From a bacterium (GTDB lineage Bacteria > SAR324 > NAC60-12): 64,000 nt of DNA. Location of the stretch: the NCBI GenBank assembly GCA_965209155.1, contig OZ242383.1, positions 3,328,001 to 3,392,000 of the forward strand, given 5' to 3'. The notes under the pieces were generated by a model, which made no database searches, was not told the DNA's origin, and was given only the letters and a program-made list of their open reading frames with translations. Positions 9,424 to 19,503 of the stretch are shown piece after piece. Within the stretch, counting starts at the first letter, position 1; each line of letters opens with the position of its first letter. Made by a program: the position numbers and the translations under genes.

Positions 9424-10386
9424 TTACCAATTGAAGGGGTTGATCAGCCGGGCAAGGAATCCTCGTTTGCGTTTCCCCGTTGCAGTGCCATAACTGCCCT
9501 CACCTCCCCGCAGACGGGGATCGAGCAGGTCCCTGAGGGCGTCGCCGAACATGTTGAGACTGTATACGGTAATCGTCAGGGCAAAACCAGGCCAGAGCGC
9601 CAGCCAGGGCGCCTGCTCCATGAACTCACGCCCTTCCCGGCTGAGCATCGCTCCCCAGCTGGGAACCTCGATGGGCAGCCCGAATCCGAGAAAGCTCAAA
9701 GACGCCTCACTGATAATCACCCCCCCGATGTTGATTGAGAAGATGATGATGACGGGAGCCATAATATTGGGCAGGACATGGCGGATCAGGATTTGGATCG
9801 TGGGGGTGCCCACGGCCTTGGCTGCCAGAAAATAGTCATTCTCTTTGACACCAATCACGGCGCCCCGGATGACTCTGGAACCGCCGATGCCTCCGGTGAT
9901 CCCCAGGACCACGATGATCTGGAGGAGACCCTGTCCCACGATGGACATGACGGTCAGCAAGAGCAGCAGCCCCGGGAAGGCCATCCAGGCGTCGACAAAT
10001 CGCTGTACCACCAGGTCGAATTTCCCGCCAAGGAATCCGGACGTGACGCCGATCAGGGCAGCCACCACCACATTGAGCGTGGTCGCGGCCAGACCAACCA
10101 CTAACGAAATACGAGCCCCATGGATCAGGCGGCTCAAGAAGTCTCGCCCCAAATGGTCGGTCCCCAGGAGATACTGGGTGGAGGAGCTTGTCAGCCGGTC
10201 TGGAAGGTGTCGTTTTCTATAGTCATGGGGTGCCAACACATCTGCAAAGATCGCCACCACAATAAAGAGAAAGATGATCATCCCGCAGGCCGTCCCCAGG
10301 GGCTTCTCCCGCCACAGCCTGATCAAGAAGTCCGCAAACCAGCCCCGTCGCTTGGGCTCGCTTGCTACTGATGGTGTCTCATTCAT
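9424..10386 (-). CDS. ABC permease, DppC/OppC-like
   Basis: Paralog of 2722..3681 with the same motifs. Confidence 0.93.
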   Translation of the reverse strand: MNETPSVASEPKRRGWFADFLIRLWREKPLGTACGMIIFLFIVVAIFADVLAPHDYRKRHLPDRLTSSSTQYLLGTDHLGRDFLSRLIHGARISLVVGLAATTLNVVVAALIGVTSGFLGGKFDLVVQRFVDAWMAFPGLLLLLTVMSIVGQGLLQIIVVLGITGGIGGSRVIRGAVIGVKENDYFLAAKAVGTPTIQILIRHVLPNIMAPVIIIFSINIGGVIISEASLSFLGFGLPIEVPSWGAMLSREGREFMEQAPWLALWPGFALTITVYSLNMFGDALRDLLDPRLRGGEGSYGTATGKRKRGFLARLINPFNW

Positions 10387-11332
10387 ACCGCACCCTCGGG
10401 TCTAAGAAGGCATAAATCAGGTCTATCATCAGGTTGATCCCCATCACCGCGGTGCCGAACACCAGATTGATGCCGGCGACCACCGGGTAGTCTCTGTCCG
10501 TGAGGGCATCCAGCAGGAGACGACCGAGTCCCGGCAGGTTGAAGATGTTCTCCATGATAACGGAGCCTCCGACCAGGATCGGCGCCTGGAGGCCGATGGT
10601 GGTCACGATCGGGACGAAGGCATTCTTGACGGCGTGTCTCACGACAACCACCCGCTCCTTGAGACCCTTGGACCAGGCGGTGCGGATGTAGTCCTGCCTC
10701 AGCACCTCCAGCATCATTGTGCGCGTCATCCGCATTGTGGTGGCGGCAAGGTAGGTCCCCAGAATCACGCTGGGAATGAGGAACATCCCCAGATTCCCCA
10801 GCGGGTCTTCGCTGAAAGTAATCAGCCGCATCGGAGGCGACCAGCCCCACCAGATGGCAGGGTAGACCATCACCATAATGCCCAGCCAGAAGTTGGGCGT
10901 GGCCAAGCCGAGGATGGCGACCGTGCGCCCCAGGTAGTCGACGGCGGTATCCTGCCGAACCGCAGAGTAGATGCCGACGGGGAGTGCGATCACCAGCCCG
11001 ATGACGAGGGACATGAGACCAAGCTCAAGGGTGACTGGCAATCTCCCTACTATCTTTTCCTCTACCGACCAATCGCCCATCAGTGATTCGCCAAGGCTGC
11101 CGTGCCGGAAAATATTTCCTATCCAGCGTCCATACTGCACGTAGGCAGGCACATCCAGTCCCAGCATCTGCTCGAGCGCTTCACGGTCGACCCGCCCCAG
11201 ACCTCCCAACCGACCTTGCATGACGTCGATGACATCGCCGGGGATGAAGCGGACCGAGAGAAAGACCAGGATACTCAGGATGAACAGGGTGGGGATAATG
11301 AGCAATAGACGCCTGATGATATACGCTCTCAT
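10379..11332 (-). CDS. ABC permease, DppB/OppB-like
   Basis: Paralog of 1725..2729. Confidence 0.93.
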   Translation of the reverse strand: MRAYIIRRLLLIIPTLFILSILVFLSVRFIPGDVIDVMQGRLGGLGRVDREALEQMLGLDVPAYVQYGRWIGNIFRHGSLGESLMGDWSVEEKIVGRLPVTLELGLMSLVIGLVIALPVGIYSAVRQDTAVDYLGRTVAILGLATPNFWLGIMVMVYPAIWWGWSPPMRLITFSEDPLGNLGMFLIPSVILGTYLAATTMRMTRTMMLEVLRQDYIRTAWSKGLKERVVVVRHAVKNAFVPIVTTIGLQAPILVGGSVIMENIFNLPGLGRLLLDALTDRDYPVVAGINLVFGTAVMGINLMIDLIYAFLDPRVRYE

Positions 11333-11380
11333 GACAGATTCGGAGTGCTGGATGTGCTTGGGAGGGCGCTCGGAAGCAAT

Positions 11381-11404
11381 GCTGGGGGCCTTGGGGCCCC
11401 CAGC
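11381..11404 (-). terminator. GC-rich hairpin after the SBP gene
   Basis: GCTGGGGGCC-TTGG-GGCCCCCAGC between SBP stop and permease start. Confidence 0.5.
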
Positions 11405-11414
11405 TTGAAACCCG

Positions 11415-13190
11415 CTAGTAACCCATTTCTGTCTTTAACGCACTGTCAATCCAGAGGCGGGATAAGACAACACGCTCCACAAATCCAAGCCACACTTCCC
11501 CGTTAAAGCCGATGACCCACGGCTGGTGTGCCATGTACTTTCCAGCTTTGGGACCCCATATCCACCAGTGGTTCTCCATGGTGTACATATCCACCTCTTT
11601 GACCAGTTTCTGCCGCTCCTCCTCGGAAGTCGTGGCTCCGGCGGCGTCGAGAAGGGCGTCCAACTCAGGGTACCTGATTCCGTGTAAGTTTTCGTAGCTG
11701 CTCGAGTGTACCATCTTTCGTACAAAATCCAGCGGAACAGTATTGGTGCCCAGAGTTTCATACATCAGGCCTTCCCACGTGCGGTTGCTTCGAGTAGGGC
11801 CAGCGGCAGCTTCATCCAATACGTTAATCTCTACTTGAACGCCGATATCAGCCCAGTAGCTGGCCGCTAATTCACTGTAACTCAAAGGAAACCGATAGAG
11901 ATGGTTCAACACGGTCTTGAATCGAGTGCCGTCGGCGCCGCGCGGATATCCGGCCTCATCCAGCAAGGCTTCCGCCCCTGCCGGATCGTACCGATAGCCT
12001 TTCTTGACCTCTTCGGGCCACTCTTCAAATGGGGTGAAATACCCGATGACGCCTTCCCCTAATATCCCTTGAGGCTGCCAGGCTGAAGTGCCCTTGTAGA
12101 CGCTGCGGTGAATGCCCTCGAGGTCGATGGCCATCTGCATGGCCTTCCGCACCCGGATGTCGTCAAAGGGCGGCTTGCTCGCGTCCATAGCATAAGACGT
12201 TTCCGAGCGGTCCCACCACGCTTGCAGCACGATTTCGGGGTTGCTCTTCTGGAGGCTCTCGAGCACTTCAACCGAATTTATATCAGACCAACCGGCAGGG
12301 GCACCCATGAAATCAATCTTACCAGAACGCAGTCCCGCCAGACGGGTCGCTTCCTCTTTGATGAAAAGGCCCTGTAGCTCGTCAATATAGGGTAGACGAT
12401 TCCCCGGGTACTTCTCGTCGTCTTTCCAGTAGTCAGGATTCTTCTGCAAGGTAATAGAGCTGCCGTCGGTCCAGTCAGTGAGGAGATAGGGCCCGGTACC
12501 GACCAGGTTCCTCCAATCCTTCACGTCACCGTGCTCCTGGATGACCTCAGGGGCGTTCATAAAGGTGAGGCCCATGCCGAGATACTGTCCAAGAGCTGCG
12601 CTATTGGGCTCCGCCAGCTTGATAACAACCGTGTATCGGTCGGTGGCCGTTACCGACTCGCCAGGTGGCCGCGCATACGAAAAGGGGCTCGGTCCGGCTT
12701 CGGCGAAGTCGCCCAGGCCCAGCAGGCGATGAAAGTTGAACACGACATCATCAGCGGTAAACTCTCTCCCGTTCATCGGTGCCTTGTCTTGCCATTTCAC
12801 CCCTTTGCGGATGTTGAAGATGATCGTGAGTGGGTCGGGGGTGTTCCAGCTCTCAGCCAGATGTGGTCTATAGAGGGATGGAGGTATGTAATGGTTTCTG
12901 AACGAAAATATGTCCCTATCTATTGCCCAGTCCATGATTCCCAGTTTCTCTACAGTGTGGCCGGAGACAATTGCTATGACATGTACGAAATGAGTGTCGG
13001 CATGTGCTGGCTCGTTATTCGTGGCAAAGGTCAATGTCCCGCCGTATTCTGGTGCAGTCACGACCTTGCCAGTACTGGGGTCGGTCACATACTTCTGGGC
13101 TGCGGCCGGGCTGACCCAAAAAGCGGTCACCATCAGGATGAGGGTGAGCAGGATTGCACTGAAGGTTGATTTGCTTTTTTGATTTTCCAT
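11415..13190 (-). CDS. ABC substrate-binding protein, family 5 (likely start ATG 13190; frame open to 13505 through tandem repeats)
   Basis: Signal peptide MENQKSKSTFSAILL...AAA; GAAAGGA RBS; SBP_bac_5 motifs. Confidence 0.9.
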   Translation of the reverse strand: MENQKSKSTFSAILLTLILMVTAFWVSPAAAQKYVTDPSTGKVVTAPEYGGTLTFATNNEPAHADTHFVHVIAIVSGHTVEKLGIMDWAIDRDIFSFRNHYIPPSLYRPHLAESWNTPDPLTIIFNIRKGVKWQDKAPMNGREFTADDVVFNFHRLLGLGDFAEAGPSPFSYARPPGESVTATDRYTVVIKLAEPNSAALGQYLGMGLTFMNAPEVIQEHGDVKDWRNLVGTGPYLLTDWTDGSSITLQKNPDYWKDDEKYPGNRLPYIDELQGLFIKEEATRLAGLRSGKIDFMGAPAGWSDINSVEVLESLQKSNPEIVLQAWWDRSETSYAMDASKPPFDDIRVRKAMQMAIDLEGIHRSVYKGTSAWQPQGILGEGVIGYFTPFEEWPEEVKKGYRYDPAGAEALLDEAGYPRGADGTRFKTVLNHLYRFPLSYSELAASYWADIGVQVEINVLDEAAAGPTRSNRTWEGLMYETLGTNTVPLDFVRKMVHSSSYENLHGIRYPELDALLDAAGATTSEEERQKLVKEVDMYTMENHWWIWGPKAGKYMAHQPWVIGFNGEVWLGFVERVVLSRLWIDSALKTEMGY

Positions 13191-13224
13191 CTTTTTCCTT
13201 TCGATTGCATGTTCAAAATTAAGG

Positions 13225-13500
13225 ATTGCTTTGAAACCTGCTTTCGTTCCCGAAAGCACGTTCTCGACGATTCCTCTACTTTTTTGACGGTTCATGGTGC
13301 TCCTTTCTGCTTTTTGATTAAAAACAAGATTGCGGGTTTCTTTATAACGTGCTTTCGTTTCCGAAAGCACGTTCTCGACGATTCCTCTACTTTTTTGACG
13401 GTTCATGGTGTTCCTTTCTGCTTTTTGACTAAAAACAAGATTGCGGGTTGCTTTAAAACCTGCTTTCGTTCCCGAAAGCACGTTCTCGACGATTGCTCTA
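13225..13500 (-). repeat. About 2.5 tandem copies of a 111-bp unit upstream of the SBP gene
   Basis: Hairpin TGCTTTCG-N4-CGAAAGCA at 13239, 13350 and 13461 (period 111). Complete units carry GAAAGGA plus an in-frame ATG. Confidence 0.9.
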
Positions 13501-13959
13501 CACATTGGTTCTCCTTCATTTTCAAGTGATCAAAAAACCGATTCATTGGCTCCAGGATTGGGCAATGAACTATAAACCGACGCACTCAGGCGCCGATGAT
13601 TTTCCAAATTCCCCATTGCCGTTCCGTTCCCGGAACGGAGAACGAGGGATCTCAAGGATCTCTCCCTGATGTCGAGATAAGATAAGGGGGTAGAACTTGG
13701 GATTGGGAATTCGTTGCTTGGGGCTTTTGACTTAGAGCTTGAGAGTGGAAACTGGAAACAAGGAACTGATAACTTAATATGGGATATGGCTTTTAAATTC
13801 ACTCTCATAACCACCTCATTGTCAAGATGTTTTTTATACTTGAAACGGGTTTATTTCAGATTTTCATGTTATCCTGAGCAAAGCGAAGGATCTCATGATT
13901 GCTCTTCCGTCCCTGGAATAAAAAATCAAGCGCATTCTTATTAAAATCTTACATCCAGA

Positions 13960-16025
13960 GTAACTATTCAGGTCTCTGAAAAACCCGTTCAGTTAAATAT
14001 CATTAAAAAGATTCCCGGAGAGGACCGATCGTTTTCAAGTCCTCCCACGATATGGTTCCATCGACCGGGAACCCTCTCTTTCACTAAAACAACTCAGTGA
14101 AGGCATGATTTTAGCACTACTACTACTTGCATAATGTCAACCCCCAAATTAAAAAAAATGCAGGATTCGTAAAAAAAATTAAAAATCTATCAATCAGGGA
14201 GATCCGCTTCTTTATGATCATGAGCCAAAAAGCGAAGGTTCACTCCACAATCCATTGTTTTTTCCAATGGTGATAATGATCGTAAACGCTTTGCCAGGGA
14301 GGTAAATCATGGATGAACCTACTCCACTGACAACTCGTTTTCACGACATACAAAATCGCACTGACGATGCTATGTTTGCCAGGAATACGTTGGGCCCGCA
14401 GGGGGCGAATCGTTAAAAAAAGGGGAGTTTCAGTAACAAGGAGGCGCAGGTAAAAGCTTGTCCCGGACTGGATCCGGGAGAGACAAAGCCTGTGTGAGCA
14501 TCTCGAAGATGGATTTTCCCTGTTTTCTGGTAGTGGAAAGAGCTCCTCGGATGGTACAAAAAGCCTGTGATCCTTCAGCCGTTCGGAAGCCGCCTGAGAT
14601 TTTCTGTTTCAATTTAACCATGCGTATATCTCGCTCGGCTTGGTTGTTGTCAAAAGGAACCCGGAAGTCATCCATGAATAACAAGGTTTCCTTTTCATAG
14701 AGGATCAAGCGATCAAGTAAATTTTTGGCTTTGCTCTGTTTGGGGCGTCCTCGTTTCTTTTTTCGAGGTTTTGCAGGATAGAGTTCGAGTGCTTCTTGGG
14801 TGATGTCGCGGTAGCGTTGCCGGAAGTGATCCAGTAGGACTGGATTCAAAGCAGATTGTTCTTTGAATTTGGCTTGGTCTACTTGCTTTTTGATCTCTAC
14901 CAGTAAGTCGCTCATCTCCTGAGCCCAGAAGGCCTTTTCTTGTTCATAGGCCCGAGTGAGTTCACGTAAATGATGCGCATTGCAAAAGCCATGATCACAC
15001 TCATAATGCTGGTAGCTCTCCCAGTGATCATGAATAGCTGTCTTTTCAAACTGAGGCAGGATACCGGCAGCATCCATTCCGGCTCGACCCCGTTTGTCGT
15101 GGATAAAATAAAAGGTCAACTCTTCGGTAGAGGCTGAATGAAGCCAACGACGTTGTTTGTTTTCAAAGAGGGAGGTTTCATCAAAATGAACCACCTCTGC
15201 TTGAATCAGAGCTTCAGCCACTTGTTGTTGCAAGGGATTAAGCCTAAGGGCGGCTTGCTGGAGGCTAGCATAAATCGTGGCCGCATTGAGCGGCTGGCCG
15301 AACAGATCCTCAAAGAATTGCTGGCATCGATCAAAGGGCAGAAACTGATATTGATTGAGATAAACCGCTAAGCCTTTGATCCGGGGACCATATTGAGTGG
15401 GTCCCTCTATCCCTGCTGGAAAACTCGAGCGATTCAGATGCCGGCAGCAGGGACAAATTTTTTGTTCCACCTGGTGCTCGGTGACCTCTAATTGGAGCGG
15501 GGGAAGATCAAACACTTGGCGTTTATGCCGGGCCTCAACCATCACCTGGGATAAATCTTCTCCACAGGCTTCACAGCTGCTGACAAAATGAGGCTCCACA
15601 TGATCTGGTGATTCACTGAAAGGCAAATGATGGCCTTGATGACCGGGTTGACCTCCGCGAGAGCGACCCCTGCTTTTACGCAAACTTTTGTTCTTTCGAC
15701 TTGGATCGCTGGAAGGAGGCTTACTTGAGTTTTGGCTGTTGAGAGCCAACTGATCCCGAAGTTGCTTATTTTCTGCTTCGAGCGCTTCAATACGCTTATT
15801 TTCTATTTCGAGACGTTCGAGGAGTTTTAATCGCTCTTGCTTCCATTGCTCCCGTTCTTCTTCAAAGAGTTGACAAGCTTCTTGAAGAGCCTCAAGGGGG
15901 GCTGTCGATGAAATGGAACTAATATACTTTTGAACTTTCGAGAGCATAATGTCCTTTCTGGACTTTATGCCATGCAAAACCTGTGCTTAAATTGAAGGGG
16001 GCTCTAAAGTAACCTAAATAGTTAC
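13960..16025 (-). mobile_element. IS66-family element (single-ORF, ISBst12-like organisation)
   Basis: TIRs GTAACTATTCAGG / CCTAAATAGTTAC; 8-bp TSD CATCCAGA (13952-13959, 16026-16033). Confidence 0.93.
14430..15947 (-). CDS. IS66-family DDE transposase (TnpC-like)
   Basis: Coiled coil, NSSKPPSSD, CxxC zinc finger, [25 protein letters not shown]. Confidence 0.93.
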   Translation of the reverse strand: MLSKVQKYISSISSTAPLEALQEACQLFEEEREQWKQERLKLLERLEIENKRIEALEAENKQLRDQLALNSQNSSKPPSSDPSRKNKSLRKSRGRSRGGQPGHQGHHLPFSESPDHVEPHFVSSCEACGEDLSQVMVEARHKRQVFDLPPLQLEVTEHQVEQKICPCCRHLNRSSFPAGIEGPTQYGPRIKGLAVYLNQYQFLPFDRCQQFFEDLFGQPLNAATIYASLQQAALRLNPLQQQVAEALIQAEVVHFDETSLFENKQRRWLHSASTEELTFYFIHDKRGRAGMDAAGILPQFEKTAIHDHWESYQHYECDHGFCNAHHLRELTRAYEQEKAFWAQEMSDLLVEIKKQVDQAKFKEQSALNPVLLDHFRQRYRDITQEALELYPAKPRKKKRGRPKQSKAKNLLDRLILYEKETLLFMDDFRVPFDNNQAERDIRMVKLKQKISGGFRTAEGSQAFCTIRGALSTTRKQGKSIFEMLTQALSLPDPVRDKLLPAPPCY

Positions 16026-16235
16026 CATCCAGATAAAAAAATCAACATTTTTTAAGAAATATCCGATTTATGTTAAGCAATTGACTGCAAGTAATAGTAT
16101 CAATAGTCATTAAGGCAAATTTTTCTCATATCCGGAATCGAAAGTCAATACGTTTTTTTTATTGCTCCTCCTCAATCCGATAAACCTGCGCAAGCTGCTG
16201 GATAATCTTTTCTATAGGAGGAGGCGTGTGAGGCT

Positions 16236-16460
16236 TCATTTGAGTTGCTCAAAAACAGAATTGACGAAATGATCTTCTCCGATGATTTCGGGATGAGTTG
16301 TCCCTTTTTTAAAGTTCACTTCCGAGGCGATTCCCCTTCCTTGATGAATATAAGTCGCATCGCGTCTCCTCGCCTCAGAACGTTCTGAGGAAAAGAGAGA
16401 CAATGCCAAGTCACAATGCAACCAATCCAGCTGCTTCCAATTTCATCGTAGGTCAAGGCC
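16236..16460 (-). pseudogene. Probable C-terminal fragment of a REP-associated tyrosine transposase (RAYT-like)
   Basis: WLHCDLALSLFS...EARRR...IIGEDHFVNSVF resembles RAYT C-terminal regions. Confidence 0.4.
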
Positions 16461-16758
16461 GCTGATGCAGACGTTAGCAGAGGAAATCGCCAGGTTTGCG
16501 CCGGAGTGCTCCCGAACCATCGCCTTGTTGAAAAGGGTGCTGCAAGACTTCCTTGCCAGACTGTTCCCGGAGAAGCGCAGGGTTTCACTGTATCTGACCG
16601 ATTTCCCCACCTTGCGTTTCCCTCTTGCTTTTCCTATATTGAGACTGTTCTTGGGCGTTCTTGGCTGAAAATCAAAACCGAGTCCAACGATTAACCGGAA
16701 ACCACTGCGGGAACTGCTGGAGGCGTCCGTTCAAGGGAAGGAAGACGCTTTTGAGGAG

Positions 16759-17295
16759 TTGTACCAACACTACAGGGCATATATCGTCCACACTGCCCAA
16801 TCGCTGATTGGCAAGTATCGGAGTCTCCACCAGGCCGATGAGGTGGTTCAGGAAATCTGGAAGGATTTGTGGGAGAGCAAGCTGGAGAAATTCCAAGGCG
16901 AGGCCGATAAAGCCTTCCAGGGTTGGCTGTACAGAGTCGTTCAGAATCATCTGCTGGACCAAATCAGACGTGCCAAACGGCAGCCGGAACTCGCTGCCCC
17001 GGAAGAGGTGGATGAGCTGCGCTCTATGCAGGTCTGGTGGGAGGCCCAGTCGGCGGAATTGCAGGAAGAGAAGATTGAGCGGGTAGGAGGGGCCCTGAGA
17101 CAACTGGAAGACGAGCATCCCCAGACCGCTCGGCTGCTGCGCCGCTGCTATTGGGACGGGCTGTCCCTTGAAGCCCTTGCCGCCGAGGAGTTGGCGCTTC
17201 CTAGAAAGGAACTGACCAAGACCGAAAAGGATATGATCTCCCAACAGTTGCACCGCGCCAGAGAGCGATTTCGGGGAATTTTTGAGAAAATTTGA
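16759..17295 (+). CDS. ECF-type sigma-70 factor (start uncertain; frame open from ~16670)
   Basis: DAFEELYQHY, ADEVVQEIW, FQGWLYRVVQN (region 2) and region-4-like LSLEALA...LHRARERFR. Confidence 0.8.
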   Translation: MYQHYRAYIVHTAQSLIGKYRSLHQADEVVQEIWKDLWESKLEKFQGEADKAFQGWLYRVVQNHLLDQIRRAKRQPELAAPEEVDELRSMQVWWEAQSAELQEEKIERVGGALRQLEDEHPQTARLLRRCYWDGLSLEALAAEELALPRKELTKTEKDMISQQLHRARERFRGIFEKI

Positions 17296-17560
17296 TTTTT
17301 TTGGTGATATTCTGGCTCTTTGTACGTTCTATAAATAGGAGGGCTCGGTTTCCAAACGCTCATTTTCCTCAAAAAAGACCCATTCTGGTCAAAAAAATAG
17401 TCCGGATGACAGAAAGCAATTTCAGGAGATTTTTGAGAAAATTTGATTTTTTTGGTGAAATTCTGGCTCTTGGTACGTTATATATATAAGAGGGCTCGGT
17501 TTCCAAACGTTCATTTTCCTCAAAAAAGACCCATTCTGGTCAAAAAAATAGTCCGGATGA
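17262..17560 (+). repeat. 151-bp tandem duplication spanning the ECF stop codon and a putative ECF-type promoter; a third partial copy lies at 25542-25635
   Basis: TTTTGAGAAAATTTGATTTTTTTGGTGA(T/A)ATTCTGGCTCT..TACGTT..TA...GTCCGGATGA repeated with period 151. Confidence 0.85.
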
Positions 17561-17691
17561 AGATGTTCGCGAAGAAGCTTTTCGCCCTCTGCAGAGAGTT
17601 CCCCGTGGCAGGCGCTGTGCCCGCCACGACAACCCGATTCGCCCCACAGCGAGTGAATCATTCTCAAAACCCTCAAATAAAAGAGGTAATT

Positions 17692-19494
17692 ATGAGTATT
17701 ATAAAAAAACTTGTCGCCTCCTTCGTGGGGCTGAACCCGGCAGGCCCCAGGTCTGCCATGAAACTCCTCTCGGTGCTGCTGGCTTTCATTCTGGGCGCAA
17801 CCCTCTGGGTCGGCCCGACAGCCGCTGCGGAGAAGAAGTATGTGACGGATCCCACCACTGGAAAAGTAGTGAGTGCACCGGAATATGGCGGGACATTTAC
17901 CTGGGGCGATGCACTCGAGCCTCCGCACTGTGACCCCTATCTCCATGGCCATGGGCCAAGGGTCATCGATGAAGTTGGAGAGAAGCTGGGCCTCGGAAAC
18001 TGGGCAGTAGATCGGGCCGAACATAGCTTTTCAGACCCGTGGATCCCTCTCCGTTTCATGACAGGGGCACTGGCGGAAAGCTGGGAGATGGTTGATCCAC
18101 TGACGTATGTCTTCCACATACGCAATGGAGTTCACTGGCACGACAAGGCGCCGATGAATGGTCGAGCATTTAAGGCCCAGGATGTTGTCTTTAACATTCA
18201 CCGTTATACAGGTACGGGCAGCGGCTTCACCGAACCGAGCGCCGGTGCAGGCAATCTCGCCTCGATACCATTCGAATCCATAACGGCCAGCGACGATGCA
18301 ACAGTTGTCTTCAAGCTGACAAAGCCAAAGGTAGACCTACCGGACACTCTCCTGGTCGACTGGTATGCGTGGATATTACCACCCGAGGTCATCGAGCAGC
18401 ACGGCGATCTGACGGACTGCGATAACATGGTCGGCACCGGGCCCTATATGCTGACCGAATGGGTCAAGGGCAGCGCTCTGACCTATTCCAGGAATCCTGA
18501 CTACTGGGACTTCGACGAAAAATACCCGCAGAACCGCTTGCCTTACATCGACCAGATAAATCGCTTGATCATGCCGGATAAAGCAACGTCGCTGGCGGCG
18601 CTGCGCTCGGCTAAGATCGATTATATCGGTCAACCTGGCATCAATCAGTTACAAGCAGCCCAGGTAGAACGCCTCAAGCGTACCAATCCCGAAATCGTGG
18701 TACACCCGTGGGCCTTTCGCTCGGAGACCTCTGTTGCTTTCAATATGCGCCATCCGTCGCCCTTTCTAGACATTCGGGTGCGCAAGGCTATGCAGATGGC
18801 CATAGACCTCGAGACCATTAACAATACCTACTTTGGGGGCTTTGGAATGACGACACCCCAGGGGATTATAGGAGATGGTCTTAAGGGGTACTTCATTCCC
18901 TTCGAAGAGTGGCCCGAAGAGACGAAGAAAGTTTTTAGCTATGACCCGGAAGGGGCAAAGCAGCTTTTGGCTGAAGCGGGCTATCCCAATGGCTTCAAGG
19001 AAGTCCATAACCCCTTGCCGACATGGGATCTGGGCTATCAGGAAATAGCCGTTGAATACTGGGCTGCAATTGGCGTTGATTTAGAGATCAGGACACATGA
19101 AGGCACTCAGCTGACGGGAATAATAACTGACGGATCTTATGAAGGTATGACCTTTATGGATCTCGGCAATGACACTTCGCCTAACTTGCTGCTAAATCGG
19201 CTTCAAATCGGGGCTGTGTGGGGCCGCACCGGACACCAGGACCAAGTGATGCAATCCAAGGTGGAAGCCGCCATGGCCGCTCCCACCCTAGAAGAGCAGC
19301 AACGGCTGACTGCAGAGGCAGATTTGTACATGGTCGAGCAGCATTGGTATATATGGGGTCCTAAAGTTCCCCAATTTGACGCGATCCAACCGTGGGTGAT
19401 AGGTTTCAACGGTGAAATTTTCGTTGGCAACTCACATGCGCCCTTTTCCCGTCTGTGGATCGACAGTGCGTTGAAAAAAGAAATGGGGCATTAG
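17692..19494 (+). CDS. ABC substrate-binding protein, family 5
   Basis: GAGG RBS before ATG 17692; signal peptide ending PTAAA; SBP_bac_5 motifs. Confidence 0.92.
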   Translation: MSIIKKLVASFVGLNPAGPRSAMKLLSVLLAFILGATLWVGPTAAAEKKYVTDPTTGKVVSAPEYGGTFTWGDALEPPHCDPYLHGHGPRVIDEVGEKLGLGNWAVDRAEHSFSDPWIPLRFMTGALAESWEMVDPLTYVFHIRNGVHWHDKAPMNGRAFKAQDVVFNIHRYTGTGSGFTEPSAGAGNLASIPFESITASDDATVVFKLTKPKVDLPDTLLVDWYAWILPPEVIEQHGDLTDCDNMVGTGPYMLTEWVKGSALTYSRNPDYWDFDEKYPQNRLPYIDQINRLIMPDKATSLAALRSAKIDYIGQPGINQLQAAQVERLKRTNPEIVVHPWAFRSETSVAFNMRHPSPFLDIRVRKAMQMAIDLETINNTYFGGFGMTTPQGIIGDGLKGYFIPFEEWPEETKKVFSYDPEGAKQLLAEAGYPNGFKEVHNPLPTWDLGYQEIAVEYWAAIGVDLEIRTHEGTQLTGIITDGSYEGMTFMDLGNDTSPNLLLNRLQIGAVWGRTGHQDQVMQSKVEAAMAAPTLEEQQRLTAEADLYMVEQHWYIWGPKVPQFDAIQPWVIGFNGEIFVGNSHAPFSRLWIDSALKKEMGH

Positions 19495-19503
19495 GGGTTG
19501 TAG

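Noticed and set aside
13225..13500. CRISPR array or genuine N-terminal protein repeats
   Set aside because: Whole 111-bp units repeat with no unique spacers, and the signal peptide starts at 13190, so the 696-aa call is probably over-extended.
17443..17691. Long N-terminal extensions of SBP ORFs (17443, 25632) and of obgE (39301)
   Set aside because: Better starts with an RBS or translational coupling exist at 17692, 25767 and 39481; the extensions translate repeats or overlap other genes.
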